64,000 bases of DNA from a bacterium (GTDB lineage: Bacteria > UBA8248): the NCBI GenBank assembly GCA_965207065.1, contig OZ242260.1, positions 2,432,001 through 2,496,000 of the forward strand, given 5' to 3'. The notes under the pieces are model-generated. The model was not told the origin of the DNA. It searched no databases and saw nothing but the letters and a program-made list of their open reading frames with translations. This document shows, piece by piece, positions 12,394-23,881 of the stretch. Position 1 is the stretch's first letter. Each line of letters opens with the position of its first letter. The translations under genes and the position numbers were made by a program.

Positions 12394-13145
12394 TGGCTAT
12401 CATCCTTCGTTCGCGAAAAGAGATAGAGCGTTTGCGAGCCAGCAACCAGGTAGTGATGAGCGTCATGGCCGAACTTAAAAAAGCGATTCGACCAGGAATT
12501 ACGACTCTGGAGTTGGACGCCTTGGCGGAACGGATTATTCGCGGGCAAGGAGCCATACCTGCTTTCAAGGGGTATAGGGGCTATCAACACACGATATGCG
12601 CTTCGGTAAACGAAGAGGTGGTTCATGGGGTGCCCTCCGGGAAAAAGCTCAAGGACGGGGATATTGTGAGCGTGGATGTCGGGGCGAAATTGTATGGCTA
12701 TTTTGGGGATCATGCGGTTACCTTCCCTGTGGGCAACGTTGATCCCGGAGCCAATAAGTTGTTGAAATGCTGCGAGGAGTCGCTTTTCAAGGGCATCGAG
12801 CAGGCGAAACCGGGCAACCGGTTGTTTGATATTTCACACGCCGTGCAAAAGCACGCGGAAGGCGCCGGATTCTCGGTGGTGCGCGCCTACGTGGGACATG
12901 GAGTGGGAACGAATCTTCACGAAGAACCACAGGTTCCGAATTTCGGCGAACCCGGCACGGGTCCGGAGCTCAAGGCAGGCATGGTTCTCGCGATTGAGCC
13001 AATGCTGAACATGGGTGTTCATGACGTGAAGGTATTAAGCGATGAATGGACAGTCGTTACGGCGGACGAGAAACTCTCCGCTCATTTTGAACATTCCGTC
13101 GCCATCACCGAAGACGGCCCGGAAATTCTGAGCCTGGCCGCATGA
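12393..13145 (+). CDS. map: Methionine aminopeptidase type I
   Basis: [36 protein letters not shown]. Confidence 0.98.
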   Translation: MAIILRSRKEIERLRASNQVVMSVMAELKKAIRPGITTLELDALAERIIRGQGAIPAFKGYRGYQHTICASVNEEVVHGVPSGKKLKDGDIVSVDVGAKLYGYFGDHAVTFPVGNVDPGANKLLKCCEESLFKGIEQAKPGNRLFDISHAVQKHAEGAGFSVVRAYVGHGVGTNLHEEPQVPNFGEPGTGPELKAGMVLAIEPMLNMGVHDVKVLSDEWTVVTADEKLSAHFEHSVAITEDGPEILSLAA

Positions 13146-13429
13146 GAAGACCGCGTCGAGGGGGGAGCAGGAAGCAGAGAAAGCGCGATCAGGCTGAGCG
13201 CGAGGAAAGAGCTCCAAAAGAGGGCGTAATTGAGGTGGACGGAATCGTCGTGGAGCCGCTGCCGAACGCGATGTTTCGCGTTGAGCTTGAAGGCGGCCAT
13301 AAGGTGCTGGCTCACATCTCGGGGAAAATGCGGATGCACTTTATCCGGATTCTCCCGGGGGACAACGTCAAGGTGGAGCTGTCCCCTTACGATTTGACGA
13401 GAGGGCGGATAACGAGTCGGTACAAGTAG
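13142..13429 (+). CDS. infA: Translation initiation factor IF-1 (apparent basic N-terminal extension)
   Basis: [10 protein letters not shown]...[35 protein letters not shown]. Confidence 0.97.
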   Translation: MRRPRRGGSRKQRKRDQAEREERAPKEGVIEVDGIVVEPLPNAMFRVELEGGHKVLAHISGKMRMHFIRILPGDNVKVELSPYDLTRGRITSRYK

Positions 13430-13458
13430 ATGTTTCAAGTGAGATTTGGAGTCAGGCC

Positions 13459-13572
13459 ATGAAGGTGAGAAGTTCGGTCAAACCAATGTGTGATAAATGC
13501 AAGGTCATCCGCCGCAAGGGTGTTGTGCGCGTCTTGTGCTCGAACCCCAAGCACAAGCAGCGGCAAGGCTGA
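13459..13572 (+). CDS. rpmJ: 50S ribosomal protein L36 (not in ORF track)
   Basis: Manual translation [41 protein letters not shown] upstream. Confidence 0.98.
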   Translation: MKVRSSVKPMCDKCKVIRRKGVVRVLCSNPKHKQRQG

Positions 13573-13603
13573 GGCGGTGAAGAGAATTTAGAGGAGAACG
13601 TGA

Positions 13604-13978
13604 ATGGCCCGTATTGCCGGAGTTGATATTCCCAACGATAAGAACGTCAATATCGCTTTGACGTATATCTATGGAATCGGGCGAACTTCCGCGAACAAGA
13701 TAGTGGAAGAAGCGAAAATCGAAACCTTCTCCAAGGTGAAGGACCTCACTGAAGCCGAGGTGCAGACCTTGCGCGAGATTATCGAGCGCAGCTATGCGGT
13801 GGAAGGCGATTTGAGGAGCCGGATAACGATGAACATCAAGAGATTGATGGACATCGGCACCTACCGGGGACTCCGGCACCGACGCGGACTCCCCGTTCGC
13901 GGGCAACGAACACACACGAACGCGCGCACCCGCAAGGGACCGCGCAAGACGGTGGGTGCGAAGAAAAAGGACAACTGA
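13604..13978 (+). CDS. rpsM: 30S ribosomal protein S13
   Basis: [41 protein letters not shown]. Confidence 0.99.
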   Translation: MARIAGVDIPNDKNVNIALTYIYGIGRTSANKIVEEAKIETFSKVKDLTEAEVQTLREIIERSYAVEGDLRSRITMNIKRLMDIGTYRGLRHRRGLPVRGQRTHTNARTRKGPRKTVGAKKKDN

Positions 13979-14016
13979 TCTTTCAATTTCGTCTCTTATA
14001 GGGCAGGAGATTTCAA

Positions 14017-14418
14017 TTGGCGCAAGCGGGCAGAGGAAAACGCGGTGGAAAGCGCCGTCGTGAGCGAAGAGCCATCGGTAAGGGCCAGGCTCATATACTG
14101 GCGACCTTCAACAATACGATGATATCGATTTCCGACACGGGCGGAAACGTAGTTTGCTGGTCAACGGCCGGTGGACAAGGCTTCAAGGGTTCCCGGAAAA
14201 GCACGCCTTTCGCCGCGCAGATGGCTGCTGCGGATGTCGCCAAAAAAGCGTTGGACCTGGGCGTGACTTCGGTGGAAGTGTACGTGAGTGGTCCCGGTTC
14301 CGGGCGAGAGGCGGCAATTCGCTCGCTGGCCGCGGCGGGGCTCGAGGTGAGTCTCATTCGTGACGTAACGCCTATTCCCCACAATGGTTGCCGACCGCGC
14401 AAGCGGCGTCGGGTCTAG
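14017..14418 (+). CDS. rpsK: 30S ribosomal protein S11
   Basis: [35 protein letters not shown] start after AGGAG. Confidence 0.99.
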   Translation: MAQAGRGKRGGKRRRERRAIGKGQAHILATFNNTMISISDTGGNVVCWSTAGGQGFKGSRKSTPFAAQMAAADVAKKALDLGVTSVEVYVSGPGSGREAAIRSLAAAGLEVSLIRDVTPIPHNGCRPRKRRRV

Positions 14419-14443
14419 GTCTAGGCAAGAGGGAGTTTGAATT

Positions 14444-15076
14444 TTGGCGCGATACAAGGATTCGGTTTGTCGGCTTTGCCGAAGGGAAGGGATGAAGCTC
14501 TTCTTGAAGGGCGATCGCTGCATCGGCGATAAATGCTCTTTCGAGAAACGGAGCTTTCCGCCGGGGCAGCATGGCGCGGCGCGTACGCGGGGGAAGCTGA
14601 GCGAATACGGAATGCAGCTTCGCGAGAAACAAAAGGCGCGCCGGGTGTACGGCGTACTGGAGAAGCAGTTCCGGCTATATTACAAAGAAGCCGCACGGCG
14701 CAAGGGCGTCACCGGCGACAACCTGTTTTCACTGCTTGAATCCAGGCTAGACAACGTCGTGTTCCGGGCCAGTTTCGCGGATTCGCGCAATCAGGCGCGT
14801 CAACTGGTGATTCACAACCACATTCGTGTGAACGGCAGGAAGGTGAATCGCCCGGCGTTCGTCGTTCGCAAGGGCGACGTCGTCGAGATTAAAGAGAAAA
14901 GCAAGAAGAATGGGCTGATCGTGCAAAGCGCGGAAAAAGGGAAAGTGCGCGGCGCTCCCGCCTGGCTCGATGTGGACCACGCCGATTTTCAGGCGCGCGT
15001 CCTGGAGCCGCCCAGTCTGGTTGACTCCCAGATTGACATCAACGTGCAGCAGATTGTGGAACTGTATTCCAAATAA
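14444..15076 (+). CDS. rpsD: 30S ribosomal protein S4
   Basis: [42 protein letters not shown] start. Confidence 0.99.
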   Translation: MARYKDSVCRLCRREGMKLFLKGDRCIGDKCSFEKRSFPPGQHGAARTRGKLSEYGMQLREKQKARRVYGVLEKQFRLYYKEAARRKGVTGDNLFSLLESRLDNVVFRASFADSRNQARQLVIHNHIRVNGRKVNRPAFVVRKGDVVEIKEKSKKNGLIVQSAEKGKVRGAPAWLDVDHADFQARVLEPPSLVDSQIDINVQQIVELYSK

Positions 15077-15143
15077 ATAACAAGCTCGTTTCGACCAACT
15101 TGTTTCAAAAAGTGGTCAACCGCTAAACGGAGGACCAATAGAA

Positions 15144-16163
15144 ATGACAGCCACTGCTGATCTGGTCAAACCCACTGGCCTGGAGCCTCAGCCGGAAAGT
15201 TTGACCGATACTTTCGGCCGTTTTATCGCCGAGCCCCTGGAACGCGGGTATGGTGTTACGCTGGGCAATGCGCTCCGCCGCGTGATTTTGTCTTCACTGC
15301 AGGGAGCCGCTTTCACGGGTGTGCGCATCGAGGGCGTATTTCACGAGTTTTCGAGCATACCGGGCGTCATGGAGGATGTGACGGAAATCATCCTGAATCT
15401 CAAGGATGTCGTCATCGAAGTGGAATCGGAAACCTGGCCGGTTCACATGAATTACCAGCATACAGGATCCGCCGGCGTATTCAGGGCGGGAGATATCGAA
15501 GCCCCTGCGGGCGTGAAGGTGCTCACCCCCGACATCGAGATCGCCAACATGAACGAGGAGGCGGAACTCGAGGTGGAACTCGTGGCGAACATCGGTCGCG
15601 GCTACGTTCCCGCGGAGAGAAACGTGGATTTGACCCTCGGCCCTCAGTTCATCCCGATGGATTCCATCTTCTCTCCCATCCGCCGCTGCACCTTCCAGGT
15701 GGAGAAAACCCGGGTGGGCGACATTACGGATTACGACAAGCTGATTCTCGACGTGGAGACGAACGGAACCATCGCCCCCGTGGATGCGGTCGCCCACGCG
15801 GCGAAGATACTGAAGGACAATCTCCAGATATTCATCAACTTCGAGGAAGAGATTGCGCCCCAGGCGCCCAAGGTGGATGAGCGCAAGCAGAGGATTGTGG
15901 AGAGCCTGAGCAGAAGCGTGGAAGAACTCGAGCTTTCGGTTCGCAGCTATAACTGCCTGAAAAACGCGCGGATCCGCACGCTGGGCGAGCTGGTGCAAAA
16001 GACCGAAGCCGAGTTGCTGAGAACCAGGAATTTCGGGCGCAAGAGTTTGAATGAAATTCGTGATATTCTCACGGGAATGGGTTTGTCTCTCGGAATGGAT
16101 TTAAGCTATATGGATCTCACGCCGCGCGATCTGAGCGGGCAGGATGATTCCGAACAAGAATAG
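15144..16163 (+). CDS. rpoA: RNA polymerase alpha subunit
   Basis: [52 protein letters not shown]. Confidence 0.99.
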   Translation: MTATADLVKPTGLEPQPESLTDTFGRFIAEPLERGYGVTLGNALRRVILSSLQGAAFTGVRIEGVFHEFSSIPGVMEDVTEIILNLKDVVIEVESETWPVHMNYQHTGSAGVFRAGDIEAPAGVKVLTPDIEIANMNEEAELEVELVANIGRGYVPAERNVDLTLGPQFIPMDSIFSPIRRCTFQVEKTRVGDITDYDKLILDVETNGTIAPVDAVAHAAKILKDNLQIFINFEEEIAPQAPKVDERKQRIVESLSRSVEELELSVRSYNCLKNARIRTLGELVQKTEAELLRTRNFGRKSLNEIRDILTGMGLSLGMDLSYMDLTPRDLSGQDDSEQE

Positions 16164-16174
16164 GACATAGATAG

Positions 16175-16597
16175 ATGCGGCATAAATGGCACGGCAGGAA
16201 ACTGGGGCGCACCTCGAAACATCGCGATGCGATGACGAGGAACATGGTAACTTCCCTGATCGACGAGGAGAGGGTGCGGACTACGCTGGCCAAGGCCAAG
16301 GAGGTTCGTCGCCATGCCGAGCGCATCATCACCACGGGCAAGAAAGGCACGCTCCATGCGCGGCGGCAGGTCGCCTCTTATCTCAAGACCCCGGCCGCGG
16401 TCGCCAAGCTCATGGATACCATCGCCCCGAGATATGCGGAGCGGCCGGGCGGCTATACGCGGATTCTGCGCCTCCCTCCCCGGCAGGGAGACGCCGCGCC
16501 CATGGCGCTCCTCGAGTTGATCGACAGAGACACCACCAGGGAACAGGAAAGACAGGAACGCCGCCAGAAGAGAAAAGAGGCGCAAGGGGAATCGTAG
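16175..16597 (+). CDS. rplQ: 50S ribosomal protein L17
   Basis: MRH...RKLGRTSKHR, TTLAKAKE, RPGGYTRI. Confidence 0.99.
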   Translation: MRHKWHGRKLGRTSKHRDAMTRNMVTSLIDEERVRTTLAKAKEVRRHAERIITTGKKGTLHARRQVASYLKTPAAVAKLMDTIAPRYAERPGGYTRILRLPPRQGDAAPMALLELIDRDTTREQERQERRQKRKEAQGES

Positions 16598-16623
16598 GGG
16601 GTTCCCGAGATGAGAGACTCCTG

Positions 16624-16654
16624 AAAGGAGAGCCGCCGAGGCTCTCCTTTTTTT
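16624..16654 (+). terminator. Rho-independent terminator closing the alpha operon
   Basis: AAAGGAGAGCC-GCCGA-GGCTCTCCTTT hairpin followed by a T run. Confidence 0.9.
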
Positions 16655-16670
16655 GTTTAGCCGAGACGAG

Positions 16671-17111
16671 ATGGAGAGAGAACCATTGTCTGACCCGAGA
16701 GGACGCCCGGATGCGGATGGCTGTTTCGTATGCGGCCCCGCGAACCCGATTGGCCTGAAAATCACTTTCCGGCTCGATGGCGACGTCTGCCGCGCCGAGT
16801 TCACGCCTGAGTCCGTCCACCAGGGCTACGACGGCGTGACGCACGGTGGCATTGTCTTCAGCGTTCTCGATGACGTGATGGCGAACTGGCTTTTCCTCAA
16901 AGGGATGCGCGCCTACTCGGCGAGAAGCGAAATCCGCTATCGCGACCCCCTCCCGGTCGGCACTCCCTTGCTGCTCGAAGGAAGGCTGAAGAAGAAAAAA
17001 GGCAGGTTCGTCGTCCTGGAAGGAAAGGCGATCAGGGCGGAAGACGGCCGGCCCGTCGCCGAGGCGGAGAGCACGTTTCATGTCGTGGAAGAGGAGGCGG
17101 AGGGTCCATGA
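16671..17111 (+). CDS. PaaI-family (hotdog fold) thioesterase
   Basis: [33 protein letters not shown]. Confidence 0.85.
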   Translation: MEREPLSDPRGRPDADGCFVCGPANPIGLKITFRLDGDVCRAEFTPESVHQGYDGVTHGGIVFSVLDDVMANWLFLKGMRAYSARSEIRYRDPLPVGTPLLLEGRLKKKKGRFVVLEGKAIRAEDGRPVAEAESTFHVVEEEAEGP

Positions 17112-18223
17112 GAATCGGGCTGCTCAGGGAAATCAAACAGGATGAATACAGGGTCGCCTTGACGCCTGGCGCGGTGGAGGCTCTCGCCGAGGCGGGCCAC
17201 GCCGTGATGGTGGAAAAAGGCGCCGGTCTCGACGCCGGCATAGCGGATGCGGAATACGAGGCGGTGGGTGCGCGGGTCGTTTCAACAGCCGAGGAACTCT
17301 GGGCGGAAGGGGAGATGGTCGTCAAGGTCAAGGAACCCCTGGAGCCGGAGTTTCCGCTGATGCGCGAGGGGCAGATTCTGTTCGCTTTTTTGCATCTGGC
17401 CGCCTGCCAGCCCCTTGCGCGCGCGCTGGCTGAGAGCGGAACCTACGGCGTCGCGTTCGAGACGGTCACTTCGCCCGATGGCGTTTTGCCCATCTTGCAG
17501 CCCATGAGCGAGATAGCGGGCAGGATGGCGGTTCAGGAAGGAGCCAAGTATCTCGGGAAAAACCTGGGGGGACGCGGCGTATTGCTGGCCGGGGCACCGG
17601 GCGTTCCCCGGGGGAACGTGGTCATCCTCGGAGCGGGCATCGTGGGAAAGAACGCGGCAAAAATAGCGGTCGGCATGCACGCGGGCGTCACGGTGTTCGA
17701 CATTAATCATGCGCGTCTCGAGTATATCGACGATATTTTCGATGGCCGGGTCAAGACGCTGGTGTCCACGCGTTTCACCATACGTGAAGCCCTGCGCGAG
17801 GCGGATCTGGTCATCGGCGCCGTTCTGGTGCCGGGCGGGCGCACGCCGGTTCTGGTGTCGCGCGAGATGCTGCAGGAGATGAACGCAGGCGCCGTCATCG
17901 TGGACGTGGCGGTGGATCAGGGCGGCTGCGTGGAGACGATACGCCCCACCTACCATTCGGATCCCACCTACCTCGTCGACGGCGTCGTCCACTACGGCGT
18001 GGCGAACATGCCGGGGGTCGTCCCCCGCACGAGCACCATCGCGCTCTCGAACGCGGTGCTGCCCTATGTCCTGGAACTGGCCAACTCAGGCTTGAAAGAA
18101 GCGGTTGCGCGCAATCCGCACCTCGCAGATGGCCTGAACGTGGCCGAAGGGCGCATCACCCACGCGGGCGTGGCGCAAGCCCTGGGCATGGTGGGCGCAA
18201 ATGTGCGGGAAGAGTTCGACTAG
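17108..18223 (+). CDS. ald: Alanine dehydrogenase
   Basis: [49 protein letters not shown]. Confidence 0.95.
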   Translation: MRIGLLREIKQDEYRVALTPGAVEALAEAGHAVMVEKGAGLDAGIADAEYEAVGARVVSTAEELWAEGEMVVKVKEPLEPEFPLMREGQILFAFLHLAACQPLARALAESGTYGVAFETVTSPDGVLPILQPMSEIAGRMAVQEGAKYLGKNLGGRGVLLAGAPGVPRGNVVILGAGIVGKNAAKIAVGMHAGVTVFDINHARLEYIDDIFDGRVKTLVSTRFTIREALREADLVIGAVLVPGGRTPVLVSREMLQEMNAGAVIVDVAVDQGGCVETIRPTYHSDPTYLVDGVVHYGVANMPGVVPRTSTIALSNAVLPYVLELANSGLKEAVARNPHLADGLNVAEGRITHAGVAQALGMVGANVREEFD

Positions 18224-18927
18224 GCTGGTTCTGCAATTGTAACGGTTGCGTTTTCGGATGATTTCTTGATGAGGTCCAGCACGAAATTCCCCTGAATTTC
18301 CAGGTGTCTGATCACCAGGCGCTCGGCGCTTCTTCCGTCGCTATCGATAATGGCCTGGAGTATTTCCTCATGTTCGGCCATGGAATTTTCGAGACGTCCG
18401 GGCGCGTGTAGCGTCACCACACGGGTCTTCATGATCTGCTGCCTCAGGTTCTCGATGAGTCCCTGGAGTCTCGAGTTCTCGCAAGCGCTCGTGATGTGGC
18501 GGTGAAAATCGCGGTTGGCCGCCCAGTAGGCATCCACCTCGCCGCGCTCATAGTGGTGCTTCAACTGCTCGAATAATTCATGGAGCGTTTCGTTCGTCCT
18601 GCCTTCGCGGAGGTTCGGGGTCGCGAGGCGCGTGGCGAGTCCCTCAAGCACGCTGGTGATGGCGTAGATGTCCAGAACCTCATCCTCGCTCACGAGGCTC
18701 ACGTGCGCCCCCTTGTGTGGTACGACGGTGATGTAGCCTTCCGCCGCGAGTTCCCGGAAGGCTTCTCGGAGCGGGGTTCTGCTCACGCCCATCGATTCGG
18801 TGAGCGTCGTTTCGACCAGCTTGTCCCCCGGCTGGAAGATGCCGCTCAGGATGGCGTCTTTAATTTGTTCCGACACCATCTTGCTCAGGGATTTGGGTTT
18901 TTCGATCTGGACGCCAGGTATCCGCAA
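18220..18927 (-). CDS. GntR-family (FadR/FCD) transcriptional regulator
   Basis: wHTH PGDKLVE...GVSRTPLREA; FCD-like ANRDFH...EHEEIL. Confidence 0.92.
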   Translation of the reverse strand: MRIPGVQIEKPKSLSKMVSEQIKDAILSGIFQPGDKLVETTLTESMGVSRTPLREAFRELAAEGYITVVPHKGAHVSLVSEDEVLDIYAITSVLEGLATRLATPNLREGRTNETLHELFEQLKHHYERGEVDAYWAANRDFHRHITSACENSRLQGLIENLRQQIMKTRVVTLHAPGRLENSMAEHEEILQAIIDSDGRSAERLVIRHLEIQGNFVLDLIKKSSENATVTIAEPA

Positions 18928-19007
18928 CTCAATTCCCCCATGAGCCCTTACACGGGATCAACGCTCTGATGCCGGAGTAATTCGTGAAGATGTTCATCTC
19001 TCCTGCC

Positions 19008-20198
19008 TCACACCACGCTTTTTTCCCGAAGCGCCTTTCTTTGCGCCTCATCCATGCCGAGGACGGATTCGAGCACCTCGTCGGTGTGCTGTCCCAGCGT
19101 GGGCGGCGGCGTGCGCACGGCGCCCGGGGTCTCGGATAGCTTGATGGGCACGCCGGTCACCTTCGTGGGGCCGGCGACGGGCACGTCGACGTCCACCACC
19201 ATCTCGCGCGCGAGAATCTGAGGCTCGTTCAGCACCTGTTCGAGATTGTTGATCGGGCCGCACGGGACGCCCGCGCTCCGCAGGGCATCGAGCGTTTCTC
19301 CCACCGTCTTCTCCGCGAAGAAGGCGTCGAGAATCTCCTGGAGCTCCAGGCGGTTGTCCACCCTGTCCTTGTTGATGGCGAATTTGGGGTCTTCCTTGAT
19401 GTGCCCCAGCCCCATCGCGTCGCAGAACCTGCGCCACAGGCTGTCGTTGCCCACGCCCAGGTTGAAGTATCCGTCCCTGCACTCATAGGTCTCATACGGC
19501 GTGATGGAAGGATGCTTGTTCCCCCGCCTGGGCGGAAGCTTTCCGGTTCCGAAGTAGTTGTTCGCGTGGTAGGTGAGCAGGGCCACCTGCCCGTCGAGCA
19601 TACCGACGTCGACCATCTGCCCCACGCCCGTTTTCTCGCGGTGGTAGAGGGAGAGCAGAATTCCCTGGGCGGCGAGCATTCCCGCCGTGATGTCCGCGAT
19701 GGATGCGCCTACCTTGCTGGGCGGAGCGTCGGGCTCTCCGGTGATGCTCATGATTCCGCCTTCGCCCTGGATGACCACGTCGAAGCCGGGCTCGCTTTTC
19801 CGGGGGCCGGTCTGGCCGAAGCCTGATAGCGAGGCGAATATCATCGCGGGGTTGATGCGGTGGATCTCCTCCCAGGGAAAGCCGAGTTTCTCCAGCGCTC
19901 CGGGCCTGAAATTCTCCACCATGACGTCGCTGTTGCGAATCAGATCGCGCAGAAGCTCCTTGCCGCGCTCGTCCTTCAGGTTGAGCGTGAGGCTTTTCTT
20001 GTTGCGGTTAATCGAGATGAAGTACGTGCTCACCCCGTTCAGAAATGGAGGACCCCAGCCTCGTGTGTCGTCCCCGCCGTCGGGATTTTCGATCTTGATG
20101 ATTTCCGCGCCCATATCGCCCAGCATCATGGTGCAATACGGGCCTGCGAGAATTCGCGTCAGGTCGACTACCCGGATGCCTTCCAGTGGTCCAGCCAT
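19008..20198 (-). CDS. CaiB/BaiF (family III) CoA transferase
   Basis: GPLEGIRVVDLTRILAGP, NRNKKS, ENFRPG, SGFGQTGP, PGFDVVIQ, PPPTLGQHT. Confidence 0.93.
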   Translation of the reverse strand: MAGPLEGIRVVDLTRILAGPYCTMMLGDMGAEIIKIENPDGGDDTRGWGPPFLNGVSTYFISINRNKKSLTLNLKDERGKELLRDLIRNSDVMVENFRPGALEKLGFPWEEIHRINPAMIFASLSGFGQTGPRKSEPGFDVVIQGEGGIMSITGEPDAPPSKVGASIADITAGMLAAQGILLSLYHREKTGVGQMVDVGMLDGQVALLTYHANNYFGTGKLPPRRGNKHPSITPYETYECRDGYFNLGVGNDSLWRRFCDAMGLGHIKEDPKFAINKDRVDNRLELQEILDAFFAEKTVGETLDALRSAGVPCGPINNLEQVLNEPQILAREMVVDVDVPVAGPTKVTGVPIKLSETPGAVRTPPPTLGQHTDEVLESVLGMDEAQRKALREKSVV

Positions 20199-20211
20199 GA
20201 AGTTCTCTCCG

Positions 20212-21335
20212 TCAGGTTCGGATGAGTGAAATCAGCACGCCGGCCGCTATCGCCGAGCCGATGACGCCCGCCACGTTGGGGCCCATCGCGTGCATGAGCA
20301 GAAAATTCCCCGGATTCTCGTCGGCGCCCACCTTCTGGACGACGCGGGCCGCCATGGGAACCGCGCTCACGCCCGCCGCGCCGATGAGGGGGTTGATCGG
20401 CGTGCTGCTGAACGCGGCCATGATCTTGCCGAAGATCACGCCGGTGGCCGTACCGATGCCGAAGGCGATGAAGCCGAGCAGGAGAATGCCGATGGTTTCC
20501 CACTTGAGGAAAGTCTCGGCCGTCATCGAAGCGCCCACGGAGACGCCGAGGAATATCGTGACGATGTTGAGCAGCGCGTCTTCGGAGGTCTTCAGGAGCC
20601 GCTCGACCACTCCGCATTCGCGGAAGAGGTTCCCGAGCATGAGCATCCCGATGAGGGGCGCCGCCGAGGGGAGCAGGAGGCCCGTGAGCAGCGTCGTGAT
20701 GATGGAAACAGGATGCGTACGGGCTTTTCGATATCTTTTAGCTGCATCATCTCCCGCGAGCGCTCCTCGCTGCTGGTGAGCGCTTTCATGATGGGAGGCT
20801 GGATCATCGGCACGAGCGCCATGTAGCTGTAGGCGGCCACGGCGATGGGACCGAGCAGGTGCGGCGCCAGCTTGGACGCGGTGTAGATGGCCGTGGGGCC
20901 GTCCGCCCCGCCGATGATGCCGATGGCGCCGGCTTCCGAGAGGTTGAAGCCCAGGAATATGCTCCCGAGCAGGGTGGCGAAGATGCCGAACTGCGCCGCC
21001 GCTCCCAGGAGCAGCGTCTTGGGGTTCGCCAGCAGCGGGCCGAAATCCGTGAGCGCCCCGATGCCCATGAAGATCAGGGGCGGAAATATGCCCGCCTTCA
21101 CCCCGAAGTAGAAGTATTGGATGAGGCCGCCTGTATCGAAAATGCCGGTTTCAGGCAGGTTCGAGAGCAGCATGCCGAACCCGATGGGCACCAGGAGCAG
21201 GGGCTCGAAGCCCTTCTGGATGGCCAGGTAGAGCAGAAGGCATGAAATCGCGAGCATGAGGACGTCGCCGAAACCCAGTGACGAAAACCCGGTGAGGGAG
21301 ATGAATTCGGCGACCGAAGAGAACAGTTGGCTCAT
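20212..21335 (-). pseudogene. Na+-translocating decarboxylase beta subunit (OadB/MmdB/GcdB-like), split by a 1-nt frameshift near 20704
   Basis: N-part: [34 protein letters not shown]-part in another frame: [37 protein letters not shown]. Confidence 0.85.
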
Positions 21336-21739
21336 GAGATCTCCATGAGCAATTGAGAGGCTTCCACCTTATCGCCCTTGTGCACATGAACCGCCTGAAC
21401 CGTACAATCGGAATCCGCCCGGATCACGTTTTCCATCTTCATGGCTTCCAACACCAAAAGCGTATCCCCGGCGCGCGCCGAATCGCCCGGGGCCACCGCG
21501 ACGGACAAGACCACGCCCGGCAGGGGGGCGAGTATCTTCCCGCCGGCGCTCGTCGCCTTGGGGGCGGGTTTGCGCGCGGCGGATGGACGGGGAGCGGAGG
21601 GTGCGGCCTTCTCCTCTTCTTCCACCTGGACGCGATGTGTCTGCCCGTCTACCGTGACCTCGAGTTCGCTCGAGCCGGGGCCACGCTCGACGCTCACCGC
21701 GTAGCGTTTCCCGTTGATGGTCAGATGGAAATTTCTCAC
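21332..21739 (-). CDS. Biotin carboxyl carrier subunit of the decarboxylase (MmdC-like)
   Basis: Ala/Pro linker followed by biotinyl domain with EAMKM. Confidence 0.93.
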   Translation of the reverse strand: MRNFHLTINGKRYAVSVERGPGSSELEVTVDGQTHRVQVEEEEKAAPSAPRPSAARKPAPKATSAGGKILAPLPGVVLSVAVAPGDSARAGDTLLVLEAMKMENVIRADSDCTVQAVHVHKGDKVEASQLLMEIS

Positions 21740-22056
21740 CGACGCCTCCGCTGGCTGAGATGTCCTGCACGGGCGGTTCGCGCCCAGACGGAATTTGCAT
21801 TCCGGCGCACCGGGGGCACGTATACCTCGGGCGCTTCTGTTTCCAGAAAGTAACCGGCGGCGGCAGCCAAGACGACGTCCAGGTCGTCGTTCTCAGGCGT
21901 TGTTTCGGTCTCCTCCGCGTCCGCACCGGCTTTCCGCCGCCCGGAGCCTACGAATCTCTCCAGAAGCAGGATGACCACCATCAGCACGACCAGGGAGCCG
22001 AAGACGACGCCCATGCCGATGGTCGTCAGCAAGATTCCGGGTATGAATGAATCCAC
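21736..22056 (-). CDS. OadG/MmdD-like small membrane anchor subunit
   Basis: N-terminal TM helix IGMGVVFGSLVVL, VLAAAA, SVWARTAR; position in operon. Confidence 0.8.
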   Translation of the reverse strand: MDSFIPGILLTTIGMGVVFGSLVVLMVVILLLERFVGSGRRKAGADAEETETTPENDDLDVVLAAAAGYFLETEAPEVYVPPVRRNANSVWARTARAGHLSQRRRR

Positions 22057-22072
22057 GGGGAAATCCTTATCC

Positions 22073-23635
22073 TTACAGCGGAATGTTTCCGTGTTTTTTT
22101 TCCGGCCGCACCTCGCGCTTGTGCGCGGTCATCTCGAGAGCCCGGATGAGCGCGCCCCGCGTGTGGCGCGGCTCGATGATGACGTCCACGAGACCGTATT
22201 TCGCGGCCGTGTAGGGCTTGGCGAAAAGCCTGCGGTATTCCTCTATCTTCTCCCCGCGGACCTTGTCGGGGTCCTCGGCCTCGCCGATCTCGCGCCGGAA
22301 GATGATGTTGGCTGCGCCCTCGGGACCCATCACGGCGATCTCCGCGAACGGATACGCGAGAACGCGGTCGTAGCCCAGTCCGAACCCGCTCATCGCGATG
22401 TAGGCGCCGCCGTAGCTCTTGCGGACGATCAAGGCGATTTTCGGCACGTTCGCCTCGCTGTAGGCGAAGAGCACCTTGGCCCCGTGGCGGATGACGCCGC
22501 CGTATTCCTGCTGGGTGCCGGGCAGATAGCCGGGCACGTCCACGAAGTTGACAAGGGGCAGGTTGAAGGCGTCGCAGAAGCGCACGAAGCGCGCGAGCTT
22601 GTCGGAGCTGTCGATGTCCAGGACGCCGGCCAGGTGCGTGGGCTGGTTTCCCACGACGCCGACGGGTCTTCCCTTGAGACGCGCGAACCCGACGACGATG
22701 TTTTTGGCGAATTCCGCATGGACCTCCAGGAAATCGCCGTCGTCGAAGACGTTTGTCACCAGGTCGCGGACGTCGTAGGCGGTTGTGGCTTCCGCGGGGA
22801 CGATGCCGTCGAGCTCGGGGTTTTCATCCGATGGCCACTCGCGCGTATCGGACAGGGGAGGATCGTCGAGGTTGTTCGAGGGGAGGAAGGAGAGCAGTTT
22901 TTTCACCATCTCGAAGCATTCGCGCTCGTCTGTGGCGAGAAAATGCGCGTTCCCGCTCGTCGAGCAATGCACCGCGCCGCCGCCCAGCTCCTCGACGGAT
23001 ACGTCCTCTCCCGTCACCGCCTTGATGACTTCCGGCCCGGTGATGAACATCTTGCTCAGCCCGTCGACCATGAAGACGAAGTCCGTGATGGCGGGTGAGT
23101 AGACGGCCCCTCCCGCGCAGGGACCGACGATGATCGAAATCTGGGGAATCACGCCCGACGCCTGGGTGTTGTTGTGGAAGATTTGCGCGTAGCCGTGAAG
23201 CGCCAGGACGCCCTCCTGGATACGCGCGCCGCCCGAATCGAGAATGGTGACAATGGGCGCGCCCGCCTTCATGGCGAGTTCCTGCATCTTCACGATTTTT
23301 TCGGCGTGCATCTCTCCGAGCGAACCGCCGAGGGCCCCGAAATCCTGTGAGGCCACGAACACGAGTTGGCCGTTCACGTGTCCGCTGCCGGTGATGACGC
23401 CGTCGCCTGGGGACCGCCGCGCATCCATCCCGAAATCCGTCGAGCGCGTCTCCACGAAGAGGTTGAGTTCCGAGAAGCTGTCGGGGTCGAGCAGGAGGTC
23501 GATGCGCTCCCTGGCGGTCAGCTTGCCCTGCTTGTGCTGGCGCTCTCTCGCCGCCTTGCCGCCGAGCGCCTGCGCCTTGGAGGTGAGCGCTTTCAGTTCA
23601 TCGATGGGATCTGGTCGTTCCGACTCGGGCGGCAA
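22073..23635 (-). CDS. Acyl-CoA carboxyltransferase subunit (MmdA/PccB-like)
   Basis: GKLTARERIDLL, DSGGARIQEG, GPCAGGAVYSPAITDF, VDVPGYLPG, KKHGNIPL; TTG start after AGGAG. Confidence 0.93.
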   Translation of the reverse strand: MPPESERPDPIDELKALTSKAQALGGKAARERQHKQGKLTARERIDLLLDPDSFSELNLFVETRSTDFGMDARRSPGDGVITGSGHVNGQLVFVASQDFGALGGSLGEMHAEKIVKMQELAMKAGAPIVTILDSGGARIQEGVLALHGYAQIFHNNTQASGVIPQISIIVGPCAGGAVYSPAITDFVFMVDGLSKMFITGPEVIKAVTGEDVSVEELGGGAVHCSTSGNAHFLATDERECFEMVKKLLSFLPSNNLDDPPLSDTREWPSDENPELDGIVPAEATTAYDVRDLVTNVFDDGDFLEVHAEFAKNIVVGFARLKGRPVGVVGNQPTHLAGVLDIDSSDKLARFVRFCDAFNLPLVNFVDVPGYLPGTQQEYGGVIRHGAKVLFAYSEANVPKIALIVRKSYGGAYIAMSGFGLGYDRVLAYPFAEIAVMGPEGAANIIFRREIGEAEDPDKVRGEKIEEYRRLFAKPYTAAKYGLVDVIIEPRHTRGALIRALEMTAHKREVRPEKKHGNIPL

Positions 23636-23881
23636 CGTTCTTCTCCTGAAAATGTATATTGCATACAATCAGCTTTGAGCCGCAAAGTCAAGGGTTTTCA
23701 AGAGCCTTGGGAGATGTTCTTGGGGAAAAACCGGCGCGGCGGGGGGTCAACCCCGACTGAGGAAGGAGGGGCTGAACGACCGGGGAGGGAGGAGGTATTA
23801 TTCCTCCTGCAGAGTGTCAACAAAACACTCCCCCTTGAGGGTTGTTGGAAAAGCCCCTCCTCGCTCGGAATTGATCTACGC

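Noticed and set aside
20700-20712. Programmed ribosomal frameshift in the beta subunit
   Set aside because: No X-XXY-YYZ slippery site, and no precedent known to me in this family; error or pseudogenisation is simpler.
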